The position numbers and the translations under genes are program-made. Shown piece by piece: positions 38,701 through 50,117 of a stretch of 64,000 bases of DNA; position 1 is the stretch's first letter, and each line of letters begins with the position of its first letter. The DNA lies in the NCBI RefSeq assembly GCF_021869535.1, contig NW_026262679.1:126480001-126544000 (forward strand), given 5' to 3'. This DNA comes from Mytilus californianus (Eukaryota). Below the pieces are notes generated by a model. It was not told the origin of the DNA, did no database searches, and saw nothing but the letters and a program-made list of their open reading frames with translations.

Positions 38701-41700
38701 TAAACTTTATGACTTTCGATATTTGATACTATGTAAGAGTTACGTATATTTTTTTTTTTCTTTCCTTTACTTTCAGTCCAAATGTGATGTGGGGGACACA
38801 GGAAATGATGTGGCCAGTTTCCAGAAGTATACCAGATGCCACTGATCGAGTTAAAACTTTAGCATCTCCAAAGAAAAATTTTCAAACAGGGAAAAGTTCA
38901 GGCAGGTAGGAATAAAAAATTCGTAAGGGTTCCGCGGAACCCAGTGTCTCGCCTACTTTTGCTGTTAGTCGCAGGCTCAACAAAAATGGGGAAAAAATTA
39001 TTAAAAATTTTCCTCTAGATACTATCTTTTGATTGTAAGAAGTTCTGTTCAAGTTTGGTAAAAATCCAAGAAGGTTTATGAATCTAATAAATGTTTTAAA
39101 AACTTTAACTGCAGACTGTACGTAATGTTAACTGGAAGAAAAACTAAGTCCATTTATAAGTAATATACGGAAAAACAAGAAATAAATTTTTACAAAATTT
39201 CCTTCTAGATACTAGCTTTTGATCATAAACAAGCTTCTGTCCAAGTTTGGTACAAATCCAGGATAGTTTAAGAAAGTTATTAAAATTTTGAAAGCTTTAA
39301 CCACAGAGTGAATGTAATGTTATCTGGCAGAAAAACTCAGTCCATTTATAAGTAAAATACGGATAAACAGGATTTTTTTTTAACAAAATTTACTTTTGAA
39401 TACTATCTTATGATCACGAACAAGCTTCTGTCCAAGTGTGGTACAAATCCAGGATAGTTCAAGAAAGTTATTAAAATTTGAAAAACTTTAACCACAGAGT
39501 GAATGTTATGTTAAGTGGCAGAAAAACGAAGTCCATATATGAGTAAAATACGGATAAACAGGATTTTTCTTTTTACAAAATTTTCTGCTGGATACTATCT
39601 TATGAATAAAAACAAGCTTCTGTCCAAGTTTGGTACAAATCTAGGATAGTTTAAGAAAGTTATTAAAATTTGAATAAAATGCTCCGCTGGGGCGCAGCTT
39701 GATACGACCGCAGAGGTCGAACCCTGAACAGTTGGGGCAAGTATGGACACAACATTCAAGCTTGATACAGCACTGAATTTGGATTGTAATTAAATATTTG
39801 ACACAGCATAGATTTCTGACACAGAACGAAAGTGGTCTAAGAACTTAAAAATTTTAATTTACCTATTCAAACCATATCATTATTATTTGCTTTTATATAT
39901 AAATCAGAAATAACGGATTTAAAATGGAAAATTTTAAAGAAAAAAAAGGAAAAAAAATCCCCCCCGAAATTTTTTGAACCCCCTTATGATTCATCACCCC
40001 CAAACTCAATCCCAGCCTTCCCTTTGTGGTATGGTACCTTGCAGTACAATTTCAGAGAATAAACAGCTGCGCCATGAGAGCGCATGATACGCCCGTCGCT
40101 TTTTAAAGGAATAAAGTTCAATAACTTCTCAATGTCATATCAGAAATTTATGAAAAAATAAAGGGAGGTTATCTTAATAGATATAAACCAGTCATTAAAG
40201 TTTCATGAAAACTCATCAAAGCACTTTAAAGATATTGTCTGAAAACTGGAAAATCACCCCTTTTTTATGAATAAAATCCCATAACTCCGAAACGTTAAAT
40301 CTAAAATTTATAATAATCGAAATGGAGCTTACGTCAATAGATATAAACCAGTCATTAAAGTTTCATGAAAACTCATCAAAGCACTTTAAAGATATTGTCT
40401 GAAAACTGGAAAATCTCCCTTTTTAATGAATAAAACCCCATAACTTGGAAAGTAAATATCAAAAATTTATAAAAAACGAAAGGGAACTCACATTAACAGA
40501 TATAAACAATTCACCAAAGTTTCATGCAAATTGGTTAAAGCGTCTTTGAGTTATTGTCGGACATGTTGACGACGGATGGACAACAGTATACTATAATACG
40601 TCCTGTAAACGGGCGTATAAAAAGGGTGCAATTTCATCAATGTCATTCGTTTTGGAGAAATATACCCTATTTGGAGATATTTCATGAAATTGCAATCCCG
40701 TGGGTAGATTCATTTTACATCTTAATTTATGTTCCGTTTTTTGCTTGACCCTAGTCCTAAAACACAAACATTGTGTGGCGATATTTACATTTTCTTTAAT
40801 TTTTTCGTGTTTTCTTTTTCATTCATTTTGCTATTTGCTATTTTCAACTTTTATAATCAAGCTGTCACGAGCTTCAAAATTAAAATAAACTGCTTCGCTG
40901 AGCACAGCTGGATACGCCCGCAGAGGTCCAACCCTGAACAGTTGGGGCAAAAATGGACACAATATTCAAGCTTAATACAGATCTGAATTTGGATTGTAAT
41001 TAAATATTTGACATATTATAGGTTTCTGAATAAATGTAGTCAAAGAACTTGAAATTGGTTATATGAATTGAATTCATATTCAATTAAAGATTTCTTGCTG
41101 TTGTGCTATACACTGTGCTGTTGTGCAATACTTAGTAAATCTGTTGTCAGACTATAGACAAACAATAACTTCTCAATGTTATATCAGAAATTTATAAAAA
41201 AACTAAAGGGAGGTTATCTTAATAGATATAAATCAGTCATCAAAGTTTAATGAAAACTGCTCTAAGCACTTTAAGGATATTGTCCAAAAACTTGAAAATC
41301 AACCCTTTTTTATGAATAAAATCTTATATCTCGGAATGTAAAATCTTAAATTTATATTAATCAAAAGGGAGCTTACAACAGTGCAATAGATATAAACAAT
41401 TTAGCAAAGTTTCATAAAAAATGCTGAAAGCATTTTTGAGTTATTGTCCCAAAACTGGAAAATCCCCCTTTTTGTAATGAATAAAACCCCATAAATCAGA
41501 AACGTATAGTCTAAAATTTGAAAAAATCAAAAGGGAGCTCATGTCAATAGAAATAAACAATTCACCAAAGTTTCTTGCAAATTGGTGAAAATGTTTTTGA
41601 GTTATTGTCCAAAAACTGGAAAATCCCCCCTATTTTAATGAATAAAACCCCATAACTCTGAAATGTAAAATCTATAAAATTTATAAAATTCTAAAGTCTA

Positions 41701-43589
41701 ATGTCGATAGAAATAAACAATTCACCAAAGTTTCTTGCAAATTGGTGAAAATTTTTTGAGTTATTGTCCAAAAACTGGAAAATCCCCCCTATTTTAATGA
41801 ATAAAACCCCATAACTTGGAAATGTAAAATCTAAAATTTATAAAATTCTAAAGGGAGCTTACATCAATACTGAATAGATATACATGTAAACAATTCACCA
41901 AAGTTTCATAAAAAATGCTGAAAGCATTTTTGAGTTATTGTCCGAAAACTGGAAAATCCCCCTTTTTGTAATGAATAAAACCCCATAAATCGGAAAAGTA
42001 TGGTCTAAAATTTATAAAAATCAAAAGGGAGCTCATGTCCATAGAAATAAACAATTCACCAAAGTTTCTTGCAAATTGGTGAAATTGTTTTCGAGTTATT
42101 GTCCACAAACTGGAAAATCCCCCCTTTTTTAATGAATGAAACCCCAAAACTCGAAAACGGTAAATCCAAAATTTATAAAAACCGAAAGGGAGCTCACGCC
42201 AATAGATATAAACAATTCACCAAAGTTTCATGCATATTGGTTAAAGCAATTTTGAGTTAATGTCCGACATGTTGACGACGGACGGACGGACGGTCAACGG
42301 TATACCATAATACGTTCCGTAAACGGGCGTATAAAAATGCTTGTTTTTTGGCCCCTTTTTGGCCCCAAATTCTTAACGTTTAGGGCAATTACCACCAAAC
42401 TCAAACCCAGCTTTCCCTTTGTGATATGGAACCTTGCAGTACAATTTCATAAAGATCCATACAATTACACACAAGTTATTGTCCTGAAACTAGAAAAATG
42501 CTTGTTTTTTTGCCCTTTTATGGCCCCTAATTACTAAAATTTTGAGGAAATTACCCCCAAAATCAATCCCAGCCTTCCCTTTGTGGTATGGTACCTTGCA
42601 GTACAATTTCAGAGAGATCCATACACTTGAACACAAGTAATTGTCTGGAAACTAGAAAAATGCTTATTTTTGGCCCCTTTTTGGCCCCTTATTCCTAAAC
42701 TTTTTGGGCAATTACCCCCAAACTCAATTCCAGCTTTCCCTTTGTGATATGGAACCTTGTAGTACAATTTCATAAAGATCCATACACTTTTACACAAGTT
42801 ATTGTCATGAAACTAGAAAAATTCTTGTTTTTTGCCCCTTTTTGGCCCCTAATTCCTAAAATTTGGAGGCAATTACCCCCAATATCAATCCCAGCATTCC
42901 CTTTGTGATATGGAACCTTGTGATACAATGTCAGAGAGATCCATAGACTTACACACAAGTTATTGTCATGAAACTAGAAAAATGCTTGTTTTTTGCCCCT
43001 TTTTGGCCCCTAATTCCTAAAATTTGGAGGCATTTACCCCCAAAATCCATCCCAGCATTCCCTTTGAGATATGGAACCTTGTGGTACAATGTCAGAGAGA
43101 TCCATACACTTACACACAAGTTATGTCTGGAAGTTACAAAAATGCTTATTTTTGGCCCCTAATTCCTTAACTGTTGGTACCATAACCCCCAAAATCAATC
43201 CCCACCTTCCTTTGTGTGGTATTGAACCTTATGGTAAAATTTCATTGAGATCCATTCACTTAAACTAAAGTTAGAGTGCGAAAACTAATGTGTCTTCGGA
43301 CGACGACGACGACGACGCCAACGTCATACCAATATACGACCACAAAAAAAAATTTGCGGTCGTATGAAAACTTTAACCACAGAGTGAATGTAATGTTAAC
43401 TGGCAGAAAAACTAAGTCCATTTATGAGTAAAATACGGATAAACAGGATTTTTTTTTTACAAAATTTATTTCTGGATACTATCTTATGATCATAAACAAG
43501 CTTCTGTCCAAGTTTGGTTGAAATGCAGGATAGTTTCAGAAAGTTATTAAAATTTCAAAAACTTTAACCACAGAGTGAATATTTGTGGA

Positions 43590-43621
<32 letters not shown>

Positions 43622-46600
43622 CCGACGGAATGTAGGATCGCTGTGTCTCGCTTTTGCGACAAAAGTCGCAGGCTCAACAAAAAGCAGTTTCAAAGAAATT
43701 TCTAGTGAAAATAACTTAAATATCAGTTAAACTTTTCACCTGGTTGTAACTCCGATTAAAGGGGAACAAAAGTGAAAATATATGTAGAGTAGTTTGTCTG
43801 TATTTAGTCTTATATGTTGGTTGCTAAGATTAGTCCACTTCAAGATTATGGTATATTTCAGTACACAACAAAACTTAATGTGTATTGAGAAAATAGGCAG
43901 TACAGATGTAGTGGATTAATTAAAACTGTAATCGCCTTAATATGGTTTTAATATTGAACATGGTGACTTTTTCAATGGAGGTATATAAAATTAAATAAAG
44001 TTTGATGGCGAACGATGTAAAATTTGATTATGAGAATCGGATCGCTTTCACTGTTCGGAGATTATGGAGAAGAAATAGAACGACCCCCTAACTGGGAACG
44101 TATAAAATATCTAGCTAAACCTAAAGTAATCAAGAGAAATGGGTCGTTCTATCGAGCACAGTAAGTAAAATAATTCTATTCATAGACTGACAAAAACTTT
44201 CTATCAAAACACCAAAGCATAGTTCAATGTTTCTATCTTTTGTGCACGGAATTTTTAAATGCGATAAAATAAATCGAAACAAATTTAATTTTTCACCGAA
44301 AATACAGAGAGTTTATAGAGTTTCAGCATAATCTGAATAATTTTCGCGTGCGTCATTGTCATTATACATCAGCTTATGTTTCAATAAATAACCTTTAGGG
44401 TTAGGGTAGGTCTGATAAATGCATTGACATATCTCTAGTTCTTGAAAGTCATACTTTGTTTATGGAATCACCAAATGCAACTGATCACGTGGTTTTACTT
44501 GTCATAAGAAACACGAGTTGCCACTGAAGTAACACAATGTTTTCCCCCTTTCATGGCACTTGAGTACACAGTAAGAACAGTAGCTTGTTCGATCTTTAAT
44601 TTTCAGTGTTATATTTTGAAAACGGCTTTCTTCTTTTTTGACAAGATGTCATCCGTCTTTATTCGATCGTATGGCTTGTGATTGCCCTCATTGTATCTTT
44701 TTAATTTCTTTTCGTAACGTTCCGAAAAGGATCATACAATTATCTTTTACCCAGTCAATAGTGTATATATCTTCACACAATTTTTCAGAATGTTCCAGCT
44801 AGATTTTGTTAAATTTTATATTTAAATAGCGGAAGTGGTGATGTTTTGTTCTTCAGCCACAATTCTTGGGAGGGCATCATGCATTGATTTGGTAGCAATT
44901 GGTGTTTATAACCATGCTTACAGAAGTTATATAATTTTATTTTATTATTGTATTTTTTAACTTTGGTTCATAAATATAATTCTTAAGGTAGTTCATTGTT
45001 GTACCCTTTCTACAGCCATATGACTTTTACAAGATTTTCAACTAAATAACCAACTCAATTGTACTTAGGTACAGCTGGGACTATTATACTAACGTTAGTA
45101 TAATAGTTCCAGGGTACAGGGTCAATTTTGGATGGTCGGCTATGGATGATTCTGATGACATTTAGTCCAAATCGACTCACTGACATCAGAAATATTTTTT
45201 TCAAAGTGTGCTACACAGGGAAATTTCACTCATGTGAATTGAGATTCATGTGCATCTCAAGTGAAATTCACGTGAATTATACCTCAAACGAGCTTATACG
45301 TGAAACACGTGAATTAATTTCACGTGAGTTTCATGTGTCTTTCATCGTGAAAATCAATTGAATTTTTGTTCATGTGAATTTTCAAAATAAAGTTATTCAA
45401 AAAACATCTAAATTTTCAAATTTAATTAAAATCATGAAAAATACAATTTTTTTGTGTGAAGTTCATGTGAAATTCATATGAAAATTTGCACATAAGAATC
45501 ATTTGAAATTCACATGAAATTTTCACATGAGTTTCACGTATAAGCTTGTTTGAGGTGAATCTGTGAGATTCATGTGAAATTTGCTTGAATAAATTTGCCT
45601 GTGTACCTGATGAAAAGCTCTGAAAAACCTTCTGGCTTTGACAAGATAAATCAAATTAGGGATTTTATTTTAGACAAAGATTGGTTGTTTTAAAGTTTCA
45701 TTGAAATCCATTTATGTGATAAAATACCAGTTGTGGTTTTCAACTGCATACCTCTAGAATTGGCAATCGCAAACTCTGTTTTGGTATTGAAAATTTGAAA
45801 TCATTTAATCAATTCCATTGGTAATATAAATTAATAGTGGTCCAGAATGACCTTAGTGCTGAAAATTGAATAAAAATCTCATTGAGATGCATAGAGACAA
45901 TGGGACCAACGCACAAAAATCCCTTTTACACCCCTACTGGACATCAGCATTTGACAATTTTAAGTTTCAATTTTGCCACTCTTTTGCAGACCACTGTTTT
46001 ACTACAGCTGTGGACGGTCATCTATGGTATGGGAGCTGAAACCTCTACAGCAACAGGCAAATGTTAGGGTACAAGAACTTTCTAGATCTAAAGAACTACA
46101 TAGAGATCACCGAGAAAACAGGTAGGTTATTGTTTTTGTTTACAGTATTTGTATGTTTGAGCACCCTAGGTAGCACCTCACCTGCTTTAGGAAGCATATA
46201 ACAAGTCTTGAGAATCAATATTATAAATCAAATTAAAGAACATTGTTTCAGTGGTGGATCCATGACTTTGAAAAAGGGGCTCACTTAAAATACAAAGTAT
46301 AGTAATTTAGAGATAACTGTACTGTATTTGAAGCTTTGTGGACGTCCATCGGTAGTTTTACTGTCGCAAATTTAGTTTACCTGGCGACGCGTAGCGGAGA
46401 CAGTAAATGGATATTTGCGACAGTTAAACTACCGATGGACATCAGCAAAGCTTAAATACAATACAGTTATCTCTATTCTAATGCAAAATAAACAAATCAT
46501 TCAATTTTAGTCGTTATTTCAGTGTAAAATTTTCATTAAACGAAAAATCCGCGAAATGATGTTTTCTTCATTGGCGCCATAACTAGGTGACGTCATATGT

Positions 46601-49600
46601 ATGCTTCGGGCATCAAATGTAAACACCAGGCGTTTTCTTGCTTCTTGTCCGCTTCAACATGTTATAAAATTTGATAAAAAGAAGATTTCTAGGTGCAAAA
46701 TGTGAGTTTTTTGCTTATTATTGAAGAAATTACATGTCAATACATTCAGAAATTCAAAATGTCGGCTTCCTTAGTTACAGACAGGGAGATAGAGAATTTT
46801 ACGCTTATTGCCATCCAATCAGAAACATTGATACAACATAATTGCATCAGAATTAACCATACCCCCTCCCCCCATAAAAAAATAACTTGAGTGTTACATT
46901 GCTTTTATGTCTGCTTACTATTGGATTGAAAAAAATCATTCTGTACTGAAATTGAATTGAGGTGCAAAATGTTTTCTAGGCATAAAGAAATACATTGTAA
47001 GGCTTTGTCATGTCAACAGACTCATTTATTTTCTCCCATCGCACAACCTTTTGGTTGAAGTGCGGATTTATTTTAATTCATGATACATAATTAAATCGTC
47101 TATTTTAAAACAAAATTACTAAATATATAAAATTTTCTTTTTTTAATGGCATCAATGTTTATATTGCTGCAAAAAACTTATCTTTATTATTGACTTCATT
47201 TTGTCTTTACTTATAACTTATTTTGGAACAGAGATAACGTATACTGGAGAGATTATTACAACTATATACAACAGTAGGTCATCATTGTTACATGTTGTCC
47301 AATAATATTATTTTAATAGCTGTTGCTTTAACAAACTACATTTACTAGTTAGGTTTACTAAACTTTTGCCATGGCGTTGTCAGTTTATTTTTTACTTACG
47401 AGTTTGAATGTCCCTTTGGTATTATTCTTTTACTATAAAAAGAAGAGTTTCCATCTATCAATGAATAATTTAATTTTGGATGTAATGCGTCTTCTGATTG
47501 GCTGACGTTGTTTTGTTTATCAGCTCATAGACATAATTTTGTCATGTGACCGTGACGTCATCAACGTTTTTTCATGGTTTACTCTGGTTTAAAATGGAAT
47601 TTAGAATTAATTTATAAGAAATGACTGTAATATTTTTTCTGTCTATTCGAAATAACATAAAAAATGTGGTGCACACTTTAAAATAACCTGCTACGCCAGT
47701 TATTCAGTGTGCACCACATTTTTGATGTTATTTCTTCATAGACAGAAAAAATATTAAGTCATTCCTTAAATATTAGAATGCTTTTACCATGATTTTCGTA
47801 AGACATTGTCACAAACTAACTGTTACAGAAAATGTTAAAATGATATTTATCATTACTTTTCATGCTTTTAAACAATGGCCTAATGCTACCAACTTATAAC
47901 AGTCATTAACTTACTATATATGGCAATTAAACACTGATATGTTTCAAGTCATTCAACGGACCCCACATACCATAAAGAATAAGAAATCAAATCCGTGCTT
48001 ATGAGATCTCTAGTCTTCACTGTTTTTATCTTAAAAAGTAAAATATAATGCCTTAGATTGTATTGACGTCATAAGCATTTAAAACAAATTCCTCAAAAAA
48101 ATTTGTGATATATCAGCATGCGACTTAATGCATTCTTAATGTCAATCTTTATAACAAAACATAATGCCATTATTCAATAACCACTCAAAATCCTTAAAAT
48201 ACTATTAAAGAAACTCTAAATTCAATTCTCAACTTATCATAGCCAAGAAAAGAAATTCACTGTTTATACCTTTTCCTAAAACGAATACATTGATTTTTAA
48301 AACAATGAAGTCATGTTGTTTTAATCAGAATGTTGCTTTCTGTTTTTGTTTTGATTATATTTTAACTTGAGTTGAATATTCATATTTACATCAATTATAT
48401 TTGAAATTCTGTAATATTGCTTCCTGCTATTAACCATTGCCCTAATAATGTTATATAAGTAGCTATTTATGTATTAATAGGTATATTCCCTTATTGAGAA
48501 TATCGTTCTCTAGTGCACAAGTTAACTTTCTTAAGAATCGTAACCATGCAGGTTTATTTGTGAGAGTTGTACCTTCAGAAAAAGCAAACAATGAGTTTAA
48601 ATGAGTCAAGAAGATGAATTTCATCAAGAACATTGAATGGTTTTTATCGTAAAATTCTTTTTTGTCAATTATTCACTGATGCAAAATTCAAAAGCCAGGG
48701 AAATTCCTTCTGTATTTGATACTCCTGGAATTTAGTAAATGTCTTGAAGGCACTGTTTGACATCTTTTGACGAGCTCAAGATACTTTTCCATTACTTAAT
48801 TTTTTCATCAATTGTTTATTTGCCAATTATGTTTTTTTCTTTCTTAGTCAGTAACAGTTATATAGCTTCTACACTAATTTATACCAATATTAATAAATAT
48901 ATTTTGGTTACCAAACATCTTGGAGTAATTTTGTCGAATATTAAATCCTTACAAATGCTTTAAACTTATAAAACAGGGTATGTTGTTGGTGGTTCATTTT
49001 TGCTATGATATGGAATTTTTTATCGCAATTTTAAGTTCATGTACACTTCCAGCAGAACTAGAAAGTTTTTATGTTTTAAGAATCTGCTTCATGCTACCAT
49101 TACATGATATATATGTTTATCCTCTTTAAGTTAAAGTTTATTTCATATTTTAGGCGGGAGTATTTATACAGCTGTGGACGTAATACACCAATATGGCTTG
49201 TGGGTAAAGGAGCACAACAGGCTGAAGACCGGCCTCGAACACGACAATTGGCAGAACCTAAACAGCCACCTAAAGAATATGAAGGAGCACGACAAATAGA
49301 AACAATCATACCAAAATCTGCCTTGAAAGGTGAACCAAGTGAAAGAACCCAAAGTTTGTCTTTCCCTAAGAAAAGGCCTGAAGGACCATTTAGAGATCCT
49401 GTATGGTCGGTAAGTTAATTAAAAAAAAATCTATTCTCTTTATATTAAGAGACAACAACGATGTCATATTTTAGAATACTATTACCGTAATATATTTTCA
49501 GACAATTACAAAAATAGCAATATAGAAAAATTGTTTCCGAGATTAGGATTTTTTGGAAGCATCATGCCATGTTTGATCTACATGTAACAACAACCATCAA

Positions 49601-50117
49601 TCAAATGATTTAGTGCATTGTTCATCTTCATCCCAAATTAATGGAATGTTATCAAAAAACGATCAATTATACTCGGTTGAATCTTTTTTTATATAATCAA
49701 TGTTTAAAAAGCTCAACATATCTAAGCATAACCAATAAACTACATAGCAAACCTTGACATAAAACCAGTCAAGGTTTTTATTTACTATTATATCTATATT
49801 TTGGATATGTATTTTCTTTCTTTCAGGTTCCTGTCTCTGCAAAAAATGCATCTGCAACTGAACGATGTGCTGAACTAGCTAGATCAAAATCAACTCCAGA
49901 TTCCTATCAAAAACCAAAAGATGAGATGTGGCCCATTTCCAAAGCAGCAAGGCGTGCCACTGCAACTCCTCGTGTGGATGAACTATCAAAACCTATAGTT
50001 AGAGCGTCTATGGACCATGTGCAATTTAATCCTGATGCATTCTTAGTTAAAGAAACTGCTCTGAAAGGAGTTGTTCCCAAACGAATTGAAACACTATCTA
50101 GACCAATAGATAGATAG
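17755..50117 (+). CDS. THEG: THEG/SPMAP2-like (testicular haploid expressed gene repeat) protein. Exons 17755-17779, 19897-19998, (possible 20134-~20240), 27852-27882, 37518-37580, 38777-38905, 45990-46121, 49154-49409, 49827-50117
   Basis: Phase-compatible GT-AG chain. Eight repeats of the R-x-x-x-L-[SA]-x-[PS]-[KI] type, most preceded by a W-containing segment: RYKDLSRPK, RVKTLASPK, RVQELSRSK, RTRQLAEPK, RTQSLSFPK, RCAELARSK, RVDELSKPI, RIETLSRPI. This is the THEG repeat pattern. The 3' five exons are secure; the 5' exons are less certain. Confidence 0.8.
18616..18732. repeat. 39-bp tandem repeat x3
   Basis: Unit aaatagtgtgtctccatcataagctgttgtatcaatcat at 18616, 18655 and 18694. Confidence 0.9.
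21143..21297 (+). mobile_element. Short interspersed repeat (…ccaaagagcagaaaacagcc…aatgggtcttcaa…cagcgagaaaatccc…acccggaggc…)
   Basis: GC-rich module in AT-rich intron, resembling a common mussel repeat (from recall). Only one copy is in this window. Confidence 0.45.
24130..26150. repeat. Satellite of 126- and 135/136-bp monomers with a ~522-bp higher-order repeat
   Basis: The anchor tagatt(c/t)(a/g)gc recurs about 16 times. The four-monomer block repeats at about 24408, 24930 and 25453. Confidence 0.85.
26213..26436. repeat. 35-bp tandem array, about 6.5 copies
   Basis: gcaatactgtgcaattgaagatttcttgctattgc; the anchor tactg/tattg falls at 26221, 26256, 26291, 26326, 26361 and 26396. Confidence 0.9.
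28077..28940. repeat. 30-bp minisatellite (cataccactggtcgtgtcagacagacataa)n, interrupted at about 28440-28605 by the short interspersed repeat
   Basis: Direct periodicity; the 10-aa periodic pseudo-ORFs (VVCYVCLTRP, SDRHNTPLVV) on both strands come from this array. Confidence 0.9.
29229..32840 (+). mobile_element. Older HINE (5' aaactagagtgcacacgctgaaatgtctcgcct) probably hosting family 1 copy 2
   Basis: HINE-type 5' end at 29229. A degenerate repeat body (atatagttgacc…attgct, twice) resumes after 32500. No 3' end was found. Confidence 0.4.
29453..32500 (+). mobile_element. HINE family 1 copy 2, with about 17 x 166-bp satellite, in a THEG intron
   Basis: Same 5' unique region, subterminal repeat gctcacctg, GAC/GGAC microsatellite and 3' hairpin as 8728-10584. 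Inserted in an A-run without a TSD. Confidence 0.88.
34738..37000. repeat. ~31-bp minisatellite family (gacatgatccagtggtatgttcc…) with ~118-bp and ~62-bp higher-order units, decaying rightwards
   Basis: Periodicity of gatccagtggtatg. Three ~118-bp blocks at about 34740-35100 and an alternating dimer at about 35400-36060. Confidence 0.88.
40059..40623 (+). mobile_element. HINE family 3 (about 160-bp monomers)
   Basis: 5' subTIR atacgcccgt (40087-40096) is complementary to 3' acgggcgtat (40609-40618). A GACG microsatellite precedes the 3' hairpin. Confidence 0.8.
40884..42337 (+). mobile_element. Chimeric HINE: family-2-type 5' module joined to a family-3 array and 3' end
   Basis: 5' tgcttcgctgagcacagctggatacgcccgcagagg…ccctgaacagttggggc. 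About 6-7 monomers of 160 bp from about 41160. 3' gacggacggacgg…acgggcgtataaaaa. Confidence 0.78.
45075..45112. mobile_element. 38-bp palindromic insertion with 7-bp TSD GGTACAG
   Basis: CTGGGACTATTATACTAACGTTAGTATAATAGTTCCAG (one arm mismatch). GGTACAG lies at 45068-45074 and 45113-45119. Confidence 0.85.
45212..45605. mobile_element. MITE with TA TSD and ~14-bp TIRs, with internal catgtgaa/cacgtgaa repeats
   Basis: Left ta|cacagggaaattt; right aaatttgcctgtg|ta. Confidence 0.75.
46309..46474. mobile_element. ~165-bp imperfect palindrome (long-hairpin non-autonomous element end)
   Basis: Arms agagataactgta…gtccatcggtagttt…ctgtcgcaaat and atttgcgacag…aaactaccgatggac…tacagttatctct. Confidence 0.75.
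47617..47766. mobile_element. ~150-bp imperfect palindrome within an interspersed element (about 47460-47770)
   Basis: Arms aatattttttctgtctat…aaaaatgtggtgcacact and agtgtgcaccacattttt…atagacagaaaaaatatt. Confidence 0.75.

Larger units (their letters stand above)
39674..43365 (+). mobile_element. HINE family 2 copy 2 (internally deleted), itself interrupted at 40059-42337
   Basis: 5' module nearly identical to 23922-24100, with subTIR atacgaccgca at 39702. The 161-bp array appears at about 39980-40058 and 42338-43280. (GAC)n and tgcggtcgtat lie at 43355-43365. Confidence 0.8.
38912..43683 (+). mobile_element. HINE family 4 (about 190-bp monomers, (GCC)/(GAC) microsatellite, 3' hairpin tgcgacaaaagtcgca), interrupted at 39674-43365 by nested elements
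   Basis: The monomer anchor aaa(a/g)ctttaac falls at about 39099, 39291 and 39481, breaks at about 39673, and resumes at 43366 and 43558. The 3' end is at 43640-43683. Confidence 0.8.

Noticed and set aside
44393-44410. ttagggg-ttaggg telomere-like motif
   Set aside because: Only two imperfect units, which is expected by chance.
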